Below the pieces are notes generated by a model. It did no database searches. It was not told the origin of the DNA and worked only from the letters and a program-made list of their open reading frames with translations. From positions 34,410,001-34,474,000 of the forward strand of contig OY740787.1 in the NCBI GenBank assembly GCA_963514005.1: 64,000 nt of DNA. Reading direction: 5' to 3'. This stretch comes from Raja brachyura. Its lineage: Eukaryota. Made by a program: the position numbers and the translations under genes. Below, one piece after another: positions 49,767-60,850 of this stretch; the stretch's first letter is position 1, and every line of letters starts with the position of its first letter.

Positions 49767-50959
49767 GACAAACCCAAAGTGCGATATACTGTATAAGTAA
49801 AGTGAAAGTAGCTTGGATGATAGAAACTGGAGCAATGATGTCTGATAGTCTTCATCAATAGGCCGCGCTTTCCTAGTCTTCATATGACTTCTCCGTGGCC
49901 GAATTGGTATACGACTTCCTGCTCTTGGAGCTAGCACTCGAGCTACCATTTTCATTCAATGCTTGCTGACTCGCATGCAGTCCCAACCTCAGGAATCTCA
50001 CAGGAAATAAAAAGCACAAAGTGGTGGAGTAACTCAGTGGGTCAGATAACATGTCTGGAGTATATGGATAGGTAACATTTCATAATGGAACCTTTCTTTA
50101 ATCTGAAGAAAGCGCAAAATGTCACCAATCCATGTCCGGCAGATATCCTGCCTGATGCACTGAATTACTCCAGTACATGGTGAGTTTTTTTTATTGGTAA
50201 ACCAGCATCTGTATTTCCTAGTGTCTGTAAACTACTGATATTGCCTAGAATATACCAGGATCTTAATGTGCATTTATGTGTCCAATGGCTTATTCTGACT
50301 TTAGTCTTAAATTTACCAACTAGACTCTGTAGAAGTGGAAATTGTAGGGGTTTGAATTAATGACATAGTCATGGTGAGCGAAGTAAAATTAGAAATGAAA
50401 GAAAGGTCAGAATATAGAGCCTGTTACAGCATGCACCTCAACAAAACTAAGGTGAGATCATCAAACATTTACAATGTTAGGCAAGATCATCTCCAGCAAT
50501 AAATTGCATTTATTGACATTCAACAGCCTTAACACAAGTCTCTCCACCATTAACATCCCTATAGAGCAGAAACTCAGCTAGACTATCTGTATAAATACAA
50601 GAACAGGTCAAAAGCTGGATATGCTATTGTACAAGACTCCCCAAACCTTTTCATAATTCACAACACAATTCATGGGGTGTTGGGATCTAGAATTATACGT
50701 TTGCAGTACCAAAAAAAATCATTGTATCCATGCTGGCTAAAAATAGAGCTGGTTTGGTTAACTTCCACCTCGTGACCCTTGGTCCTTGGATTTAGGCTCT
50801 AAAAATGCTTATCTAGATACTTTGTAAACAATGTGGCCTCACCACACTTCTTGTTAGTGAATTCCAGCTTCTTACTGTTTTCCACATGCCTGAAAGAGTT
50901 GCAGTCTAGAAACATATTGTATATCCAGTATAAAGTATCCCATTCAGCAGCCTAAATCT

Positions 50960-51645
50960 TAACTCAACGGGGCGATGGTTGAAAGGGTCAAGAGCTTCAA
51001 ATTCCTGGGCGTGCACATCTGTGAAGATCTTTCCTGGTCCGAGAACACAAATGCAATTATTAAGAAAGCTCATCAGCGCCTCTACTTCCTGAGAAGATTA
51101 CGGAGAGTTGGTCTGTCAAGGAGGACTCTCTCTAACTTCTACAGGTGCACAGTAGAGAGCTTGCTGACCGGTTGCATCATGGCTTGGTTCGGCAACTTGA
51201 GCGCCCTGGAGAGGAAAACACTACAAAAATTAGTAAACACTGCCCAGTCCATCATCGGCTCTGACCTTCCTTCCATCGAGGGGATTTATCGCAGTCGCTG
51301 CCTCAAAAATGCTGGCAGCATCATTAAGGACCCACACCACCCTGGCCACACACTCATCTCTCTGCTACCTTCAGGTAAAAGGTACAGGAGCCTGAAGACT
51401 GCAACAACCCGGTTTAGGAATAGTTATTTCCCCACAGCCATCAGGCTATTAAACTTAGCTCGGAACTCTGAACATTAATATCCCTCCATCAGTTATTTGC
51501 ACTTTATTAATTTATTAATTCATGCGTGTATTTACGTATAGAATTGTAGTCAATGCTATGTTCTGTTGTGCTATGCAAAGAAAGATTTTCATTGTCCTGT
51601 CAGGGACACATGACAATAAACTCTTTTGACTTTTGACCCTTTGAC
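50960..51645 (+). mobile_element. Rex1/Babar-like LINE 3' fragment (open 167-aa RT C-terminus)
   Basis: VERVKSFKFLGVHI..DLSW..NT..I.KKAHQRLYFLRRL...FYRCTVES...HPGH.L..LLPSGKRYRS; tail acatgacaataaa...ttgac. Confidence 0.85.
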
Positions 51646-51744
51646 TAAATCTTTACTTCCTCTGTTAGCAGTGCATTAGACCTTCCTATGAAGTGCACTG
51701 CATTACTTGCCAAGTTAACTCTGAAAGCATTTCCCAAATTTGTG

Positions 51745-51870
51745 GTCTGAAGAAGGGTCTCGACCCGAAACGCCACGCATTCCTCGCCAGAGATGCTGCC
51801 TGTCCCGCTGAGTTACCCAAGCATTTTGTGTCTATCTTTGGCTTAAACCAGTATCTGCAGTTCCTTCTTA
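51745..51870 (+). mobile_element. Penelope-derived short insert with hammerhead-like motif
   Basis: gtctgaagaagggtctcgacccgaaacgcc...gcagttccttc, with cccaaa on both flanks. Confidence 0.75.
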
Positions 51871-53668
51871 CCCAAAGTGTTATCACCAAGAATAGAGGCA
51901 CATGGCAACACCATCTTTGTCTTCCAATCCCATCCTCTAGACTTGAGAAATATTGTTACTTCGCTATCACTGGATCCAAGTCCTGTGACTCCCTACCCAT
52001 CAGCACTGTTAGGAGTGCCTTCACAGTTCAAGACAAGGACTATCCATCATGATGTAAAGGGCAATCGGTGATGAGTAATAGATAATCCAATCATGTTAAT
52101 TAAGTAAAAGGTTCTGGATGAGATAGAAATAGGATGCTTTTATTGAGGATTTGATACAAACATGAGGTATTCTGACACAATATTTGGCAACAGCTGAGAA
52201 TTCTGAAGCATGCGACTCCATACCTGCCAGCATCCTCTCCTAATTACTCTGTGGGTCTGTTACCTAGCTAGTATGCGCTGTGTAAGGTGGGATGCGTGCA
52301 AGTGCTAGACAACTGGCAAGTGTGTGGGTTTATGCTGTGGAATCCAGGCATTATGTAGGGATTGTAATGGGGATTGTTGTTAGGCGAGTGATGGGCATGC
52401 AGTGAGCACAACAGTGTGCAAGTCAATAAATAGTTGTGCTGCCGTTGTTAGCTGGGCTTTACTGATGCGCTCATGGAGCGCAGTTGCAGGTGTGAATTAA
52501 TTAAATTTCCTGTTGCACTCTGATAGGGTCCTAGGGAATTACTCCTGGCTTTTATATCTTTGACAATTTCCTTGCAATGCAGCTTCCTCATAGATTTGAA
52601 GGGTTTCCAGGGTCCCCTGAGTGTGTATGATATTTCCTAGATCAGTCTGTTCCTCAAGGATTTTGAGAGTGGTTTTCTGATGAATGGATGCCTGCTCTCA
52701 TGTCAGCCTTACCAACGGCTTGTGCTGTGTGTTCCTCAATCGATTCCATTGCAGACAGTACAAACCTCCTTTAAGAGATTTTGAGGCCTGACTTTTATCA
52801 AAGCAGGCTACATTCAGCTGGTTCGAAATTCCTGAAATTACTTCCTGTTACAGTGCTCTAATATGAAACATAGAATGATTGGCCACCACTTAAGCAATCA
52901 AATCATTGAACGTGAGGCACATGTAAATTTTTGGCAAGAATGCACCAGGGACACACTGTTTGATGCTCTCAGGAGAGGTGCCAGTCTTCCCAGAGTATTA
53001 ATGAAAATTGCCTGTTTCTCTATAGTACCATAGAAATAACTTCCAAAATTCTGCATCTCACATCAAAAATCACTCCTTAAACTGCAAACATCATACGTTC
53101 TATAACACTCCTTTGGTTTATTCTTCAGTGCTGTGCTCACAATGACATCATTCAGATTTCATCACTATGGAAACAGCTGTTACTATAATTATACTAACAT
53201 CCTTCGCTGTCCCAGTCCCAGTTCCACCTCACCCCTGAGACAACATTGGGAATTTAACAAAACAACGTAATGGAATTTTCAATCATAGAGTCAGTTATGT
53301 TAGAATCACTTTCACAGTCTAAAGATTTCATTGATTGCATCACCACACATGGCCATACCCTCAGCTCCATGTTGGACAAAACATCAGTGAAGAAAGAATA
53401 GAAATGACAGTGGTAGAAGAAAAAGGTAGCATTCAAGTAATGCATGGATAAAAAGTGAATTTAGGAAATGTGTTGTATATCAGGTAGTCAGTGCGAGTGT
53501 AATAATGGAGTGTGATTCTGATTCGTAACATAGGCAAAGTGACACAAACTGACTTCATGGAGGAAAAAAAAATACCATGAAAAAACAAAAGTGAAAAGGC
53601 TATGTTCCATAAAAACACCTCTAACAATCCGTTTCCAGAAGTAGTTCTCTTCCTATTTTTAATAACTA

Positions 53669-54349
53669 CTAGACTAAGTGGGACTCGTTGGGTCCCTGTC
53701 ATACAGGAGGCCTGGTCCTCCAACACTATCCATTCTCCAACACAATATTCCACGCCCACCCATCACCCCCAACTGGACAGGCACGGCTCATTTCCCCTCA
53801 TTCCCCTGCACTCCTTCCCCCACCTCTTCGGAGACGGGTGCATATGGGGGGGGAGAGGGGGTTTGTGTGGGGGGAGGGGGTTTGTGTGGGGGTTTGTGTG
53901 GGGGGAGGGGGTTTGTGTGCGGGGAGGGGGTTTGTGTGGGGGGGAGGGGGTTTGTGTGGGGGGGAGGGGGTTTGTGTGGGGGGGAGGGGGTTTGTTGTGA
54001 GGGTGTTTGTGGGAGTAACACAGCCCACACTCCGCTCCTTCAGCTTTATTCTAGGCGTTGGTGATTGACAGCGGGTGCTGGAAGAGGCGTCGCCATCCCC
54101 GCGAATAACAGACTAATAACTTTTGTAATATTTCACCGATCGGAACAAACCTTGGTGCGCTTGGAGCAGAGGAGACAGGAGAATAAGGTGGCAAAAAATC
54201 CAAGCGGTTATAGGGTACCGTTTTTGCGCAAGTTTAAAAATAACGCAAACTGGAAGATCATAAGATGAGAGTTTTAATAATAGTATAGAAATGTAAAAAT
54301 CACCACAAAACGGAAAAGGACAAGATGAGAATTTTAGTAATAGTATAGA
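53669..54349 (-). mobile_element. Non-autonomous Helitron, complete
   Basis: On the minus strand: A|TCTATACTATTACTAAAA ... hairpin GGGACCC-AAC-GAGTCCC (53680-53696) ... CTAG|T, with no TSD. Confidence 0.85.
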
Positions 54350-54610
54350 TAGAAGATAGATAGCTTATTGAAACCAAGTGCAAACTGGAATCATTTGCTG
54401 CTAGTGAAATATGTTTGAGATAAGCTTATCTTCATGTTTATTTGCAACTGTGTACGAATGCCACCAAAAACAAAATCATAACTAACCTTATAGCTTAAAG
54501 CACACCAACACATTTGTCAAAATGGATTAGAAATAATTCATAATCTTTCAAGAAAATCTGATTCATTAAGCCAAGTACTTTCTGGAGCACTAGCATGGGT
54601 GTTGTGGGTC

Positions 54611-54868
54611 CAGTCAAGTCAAGCACAGTGAGTGCAGGGCCAACAATGCATTTCAATCCAGTTCAAGACGACTTCAAATCAATCCATTTCAAGTCAAGTC
54701 AAGTCAAATCAATCCATTTCAAGTCAAGTCAAGTCAAATCAATCCATTTCAAGTCAAGTCAAGTCAATCCATTTCAAGTCAAGTCAATCCATTTCAAGTC
54801 AAGTCACTCCATTTCAAGTCAAGTCACTCCATTTCAAGTCAATTCAAGCCAAGTAAATCCATTTCAAG
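54611..54868. repeat. (GTCAA)n / TCCATTTCAA composite minisatellite
   Basis: Repeated tccatttcaagtcaagtcaa units. Confidence 0.9.
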
Positions 54869-54959
54869 GGTTACACAAAAAGCTGGAGAAACTCAGCGGA
54901 TGCAGCAGCATCTAAGGAGCGAAGGAGATAGGCGACGTTTCGGGTCGAGACCCTTCTTC

Positions 54960-55560
54960 CATTTCAAGGGCAGGCCATACAACTCATTGCATTGTCATTC
55001 TATTTCCAATTTTGCATTGCAGTTTTAAGCACAGGCAGGGCAGGCCAAACAACGCAGTGCATTGGTACTTCATTTCCAATTTTGCATTGTAGTTTTAAGC
55101 ACAGGCAGGGCAGGCCAAACAATACATTGGATTGTCACTTCATTTCCAATTTTGTATTGTAGTTTCAAGCACAGGAAGAGCAGGCCAAACAACTCATTGC
55201 ATTGTCACTTCATTTCCAATTTTTCCTTGCAGTTTCATGCATGGGCAGGGCAGGCCAAATAAGTCATTGCATTGTCACTTCATTTCCAATTTTGCATTGC
55301 AGTTTAAGCACAAGCAGGGCAGGCCAAACAACTCATTGCATTGTCACTTCATTTCCAATTTTGCATTGCAATTTCAAGTACATGCAGGGCAGGCCAAACA
55401 AAGCAATGCATTGTCACTTCATTTCCAATTTTGCATTGCAGTTTCAAGCACAGACAGGGCAGGCCAAACAACTCATTGCTTTGTCACTTCATTTCCAATT
55501 TTGCATTGCAGTTGCAAGCACAGGCAGTGCAAGCCAAACAACTCATCGCATTGTCATTAA
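54960..55560. repeat. ~70-bp tandem repeat, about 8.5-9 units
   Basis: caggcca recurs at 54971, 55041, 55111, 55181, 55251, 55320, 55390, 55460 and (variant) 55530. Confidence 0.95.
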
Positions 55561-55859
55561 GGGCTGACAAATCATTTATTGCAAGTACATTGCAGACTCA
55601 CAGTTCAGTTGATTCACAGACTTTTAGTTATATATATTAGACAGGTACATTGATAGGACAGGATGAGGGATATGGGTCAAACGCAGGGAAGTGGGACAAC
55701 TGCAGATGGTACATGTTGGTCAGTGTGGGCAAAAAGGGCCTGTTTCCACACTGTATGACTATAATTCTGACTATTGTAGTTTCCAGGTTTAATACATACA
55801 AGTTATTACAACCTAATTTAACTTGTATTGAATCATAGAAAAGTGGATGCTCCAGTGGT

Positions 55860-57135
55860 GTCCTGGGATCACCAACTACCTGACTGGACGACCACAGTAT
55901 GCAAGTCTACAGAACTGTGTTTCGGACATGGTAGTGAGCAACATAGGGGCCCCACAGAGACAGTCCCCTCTCTCCTTCTGTTCACCATCTAAACATTGAA
56001 CTTCAGATACAACTCTGACTTCTGCCACCTACAGATGTTTTTGGATGGCTCTGCAATTGTGGGCTGCATCAGTGAGTGGAGGAAAGCTAAATACAGAGGT
56101 GTAGTCAATGACTTTGTTCAGTGGTATGGGCTAGATCACCTGCAGCTCAACCCTGACAAGGCTAAGGAGTTAGCGGTGGACTTTAGGAGGAGAGGAAGAT
56201 CCCTGCCCCCTGCCTACATCAAAGGTGTGGATGTGCAGTTTACCAAGAAGCACAAGTACCTTAGAGTTTAGGGTAGACAAAAGTGCTGGAGAAACTAAAC
56301 GGGTGCAGCAGCATCTATGGAGCGAAGGAAATAGGCAACGTTTCGGGCCGAAACCCTTTTCCTCCATCAGTCTGAAGAAGGGTTTCGGCCCGAAACATTG
56401 ACCATTTCCTTCGCTCCATAGATGCTGCTGCACCTGCTGAGTTTCTCCAGCACTTTTATCTACCTTCGATTTTCCAGCATCTGCAGTTCCTTCATAAATT
56501 CGTTGGAGTTTACTTGGATAGTAAACTGGACTAGTCCAGGAATGCTGAGGCACTGTATAAGAAGGGACAGAGGCATCTGTTCTTTATGAGGAGGCTTTTC
56601 TCTTTCAACATCTGCAGTAACATGCTGTAGGTGCTCAATCAATCGGTGGTGGCCAGTGCCATCTTTGTTGCTGTTGTGTGCTGGAGTAGCAGAGTGAAGG
56701 CTGCGGATGTCAACATAATTAACAAGCTTATCAGGAAGGCAGGCTCCATCCTGGGAGTGAAGTTGGATTCATTGGAGGTGGTCTTGGAGGGGAGGATGCT
56801 CCTCAAACTACGGAGCATCTTGGACAACACAGCTCTCCTCCTCCAGGACACACTAGTCAACCTGAGGAGCACCTTCAGCAACAGACTGGTTCCACCAAGA
56901 CACAGCACAGTACACCACTGGAGATCCTTCTTCCCTGTGGCTATGAAACTGTACAACTCCTTCCCCTTCTGTTATGGGGTAGACTGACTCCCCTTCCCCC
57001 CCAACCCCGCTTCAATCTTTGCATATCCCCATTCCTGGACTTTCCACTCATCACTTTAATTTCATGTATCTTGTTGTCTTTTATGACTATTGGCAGACCA
57101 ATTTCCCTCCTGGGATAAATAAAGTTCTATCATAT
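55860..57135 (+). mobile_element. Rex1/Babar-like LINE 3' fragment, interrupted by a Penelope-derived inverted pair at ~56270-56495
   Basis: HLQLN..K.KEL.VDFRR, KYL, QSVVASAIF.AVVCW and RSFFP.A.KLYN; aataaagttctatc tail. Confidence 0.82.
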
Positions 57136-60059
57136 CGATGTGCCTCTGATTATTAGTTTTTGAGCAGTCACATGAATTTATCCTTATATAACCCACATAA
57201 ACTCTAATTAAGCTTCATACCTTTAAATGCTTCCATCGCTGCTCTATGGACAACAATCCCAATCTATCCAAATAACTATTCCCTACTCTCAGGAAATATT
57301 TGTTGACATGCTGTTGGTAAATTTTGTAGATGTCATTAATAACATTTGAGAAAGCTTATGGCTCTGAAACACATGGTTCTGAAAGGTTCGTGAGTGAAAA
57401 ACTAAGTTCTACAAATCAATCTTAGTGTTAACTCAAACAGTTTGTTCAATTTCTGTAGGATTAAGCAAACTACAACTGCTCATCATATTAGGATTTATAT
57501 AGAAATGTACATAGGAACTCAAAAGGGAGCAACAAACTTTGGCTTTTAAAATTGGAAACTCTGCTGGAGACCAGAATTAAGAACAGTTTCTCAATTGTTT
57601 AAATTTTCAGTTTTTCATAAATTTGATAAATAAATTCCATTTGTGTGTGAGAGGATGGATGGGGTTACTTTCCAAATAAATAATTCTTTTGATTACTGGT
57701 GACTGATGACTTGCGTGACATTTGGAGCTGCTGCCCAAACTTATGACAATTTATATATTATCCCATCTCTTACCATGATATTTACATCTTCGGTATGGAT
57801 TTTTGAATTGTACTAAGTCAATGTGTTTTTCCTGTCTGTAAGTAAATTGCTAAGTATCTCCAGTCAACAATCTCAAAAGGGTTGGGTTAAAAAAATGCAT
57901 GCACTTAGAATTCCCAGTATTCTTCTGTGAGCTAAACAATGCTTTGTTATTACATTAAAGGTCCATAAAGTCTGCTGGAGACATAAGAATCTGCAGATGC
58001 TGGAATCTTGAGCAAAGCATAACGTGCTGGAGGAACTCAATGGGTCAGACAGCATTCAGGGAGGGATTGGAGAAACAATGTTGTGGATTGGGATCCTTCC
58101 TCAGACTGATGAATGGCCCCAACTCAAAATGGTGTTTGCCCTTTCCCTCTGCATATGCTGCTGACCCATTGAGTTCCTTCAGTACTTCGTATTCTCCGCC
58201 ATACTGTCTGTATTTTGCTCCATACAGTTTGCCATGGGTACAGTCTCCATGATTATTGCTGCAATTCCTCCTCATTCTATAATTCTGAAAATGAAAACAA
58301 GGAAGAAATCCCAGACAAGTGTGCATTCATTACAGTTTAAAATATTCTGAAAAATGCAGTAATGCGGAAACAATCAAACCAGACAATGTTGCGACAACAT
58401 AAAGTGCAATATTGCAAGAAATACTCCTCTAACAGCCTAATACAGTTTTCAGAGAGGAAAAACTCAGAGGCTACAGTTGAATGCCAATCATAAACATTTT
58501 GCTTGTGGCATAAATGGAGCATGTATGATTCTATCTAATGCAGAAATATATCTTATCTCAACACACTCTTTATAGTCTGCAAAATCTTCCAGTTGTCAAC
58601 TTTATTATTCACACTTTATCCCTAATAACTTCTTAAATCACCATTTATTCTGCCTCTATTGATTAGTCATGCTCTAAATAAACCCTTCGGTTATTGGTGC
58701 TGCAGTAGAATTTTGGTTTTGCATTTCCTGTTTCCCGTTTCCCAGGATATACTGTACGGAAACATTTGAAGGCTTTAAGAAGAATTTCCAAATCCCTAAT
58801 GTTTTTTCAGGATACTCCACAATATCTTCGAAGCAGGCTTCAAATTCCACCATGGTCTTCCCTTCCACTTCATTTGAGATAATTTCCAATCTAGCTTCAT
58901 ATCTTAGACTATGGCTGCCATTCTTCTGGTTCTGGATTAAATATTTGTTCTCGGCTCAAGGCAGATCATTTGACTGCTAAACATGCCACTATTAGAGATT
59001 TTCCACTAAATCAACTCAGAGAGCTGTGGTTGACTAGGTCCCAGCTATTAATGGACATCCATTGCTGAACCCGTGGCCAGTGCCAGAGCTGTAGTGCTGG
59101 AAAATCATGGTGTGCCCATGTCTAACCTTGGTCTTACATTCCACCTATCCTTCAGCCCTTAGTCTTCTGATTTACAAGCTGCAGATGGCCCAGGCATAAA
59201 TTTCACATTAGCTCAGCACCATCCTGCTAACCACAGCACACTGCCTTACCTTTGACCCCCACACCCCCTTTTCATTTTACATGACGACAAAGAGCAACTG
59301 GACTCAGCAATGGGGAACAGAAAGACGGCAATGTTGTTAAAAAGATGCTAGAACTATGTCATACTCACAGACACTGCCTCATATATAGAGCCAGCCACAT
59401 AAGATCTTTGAAGGGTGTCGAAATGCAATGACGCACCAGACCTTGCTATCATGAAGAAAGATTCTTTGCTCTCAGCTATTCAGTAGAATATGAGCATCAG
59501 TGGCATGGACAGAATTTATAGCCTAATCCCTATCTAACCTAGAAGTGATAAATCACATTTATGAAATGTTTCAGTCAATTAAAGATAAATGTTTAAGTAG
59601 GAAACTCTAGTATTTTAACCCATTAAATCCCTTATCCCCTTCCACATGCTGCCATTCATCTACATTTGGGGCATTTAGAGTGACAAATTAACCTGCCAAC
59701 CTGTACATCTTTGGTATAGGCGACTCGTGACCTGCATATCCCAAACATTCACAGGTCACAAGTAGAACTGGCAGAGTACAGACTCCACACAGCCAACACC
59801 AGACGTCAGCATTGAACCCAGGTCACTGGAGCAATGTGGCAGCACAACTGGGTTGCTAATTCAGCGCGGGACACAATGCTTAAAATGATAGCTGGAGATT
59901 TTAATTTGGATTTTGATATTGTGGCCCTGAAATCTCACCAATTGTTCTTTACTGAAGTTTGTGTGGGAGTCCCTTCCTGACAAATAGAGAAGCAAATATG
60001 CTTTCCTGAGGAGAACCCTTCCATTCTTTCTCCTCATCCTAACTGTTGGAGCAGCATCC

Positions 60060-60850
60060 ATCTGGTGAGGAATGGCAGATGGGGTTTAATTCAGATCTGT
60101 GAAGTGTTGCATTTAGGTAAAACAAGCCAGGGCAGGACTTGTAAGTGGTAGAGCCCAGGTGCGCTGTGTACAATGGGGAAACTCTGAATGCAGATAGTTT
60201 CTTTAAAATAACATAGTTCCATGAAAATGGCAACACAGAATAGGGGAGAAAGTGTCCGGCATGCTGGCCTTTATTGGTCAGGGTAATGTCTGCAGAAGTG
60301 GGGACAGCTGTACAAGATATTGGTTAGGCCACATTTGGATTACTGTGTACCGTTCTGGTTGGCCTCCGATAGGAAGAATGTTATTAAATTTGAAAAGGTG
60401 TGAAAAAGATGTATAAGTTAGTTACAGGGTGGTTTGAGTTATAAGAAGAGGCTGGATAGGTTGGATTTTCCCTGGAGCATTGGAGCCTGAGGGGTGGCCT
60501 CACAAAGGTTTATAACATCATGAGGGGCATGAATAAGGTGAATAGACCAAGTCTTTTCTGCAGGTAGAGGAATCTAAAATTAGAGAGCATTTAAAATGAA
60601 AGGGGACAGATTTAAAAGTGACTCAAGGGGCAAATTTTTCACACAGATGGTGGAACGCATTTGTAATGAGCTGCAAGATGAAGTGGTACAGATGTGCAAA
60701 CGTACAACATTTAAAAGATTCAGACAAATACATGGATAGAAAAGGTTTGAAGACATAAGGCCCAGATGCAGGAAAGTGGGATTAATTCAGTTAGGCAACC
60801 TGTCTGGCGTGGCCGAAAGGCCTGGTCCATGCCGTATACCTCGATGACTG
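60060..60850 (+). mobile_element. Old CR1 LINE 3' fragment
   Basis: Degenerate WQMGFN..., LVRPHLDYCV.FW and a 3' UTR. Confidence 0.75.

Noticed and set aside
53602-54068. Overlapping Gly-rich ORFs
   Set aside because: Translation of the Helitron internal minisatellite.
54960-55560. CRISPR-like regular array
   Set aside because: The whole 70-bp unit repeats with no unique spacers, there are no cas genes, and the context is eukaryotic.
58674-58889. 71-aa ORF with protein-like composition
   Set aside because: Non-ATG start, upstream stops, and no homology or splice signals that I can support.
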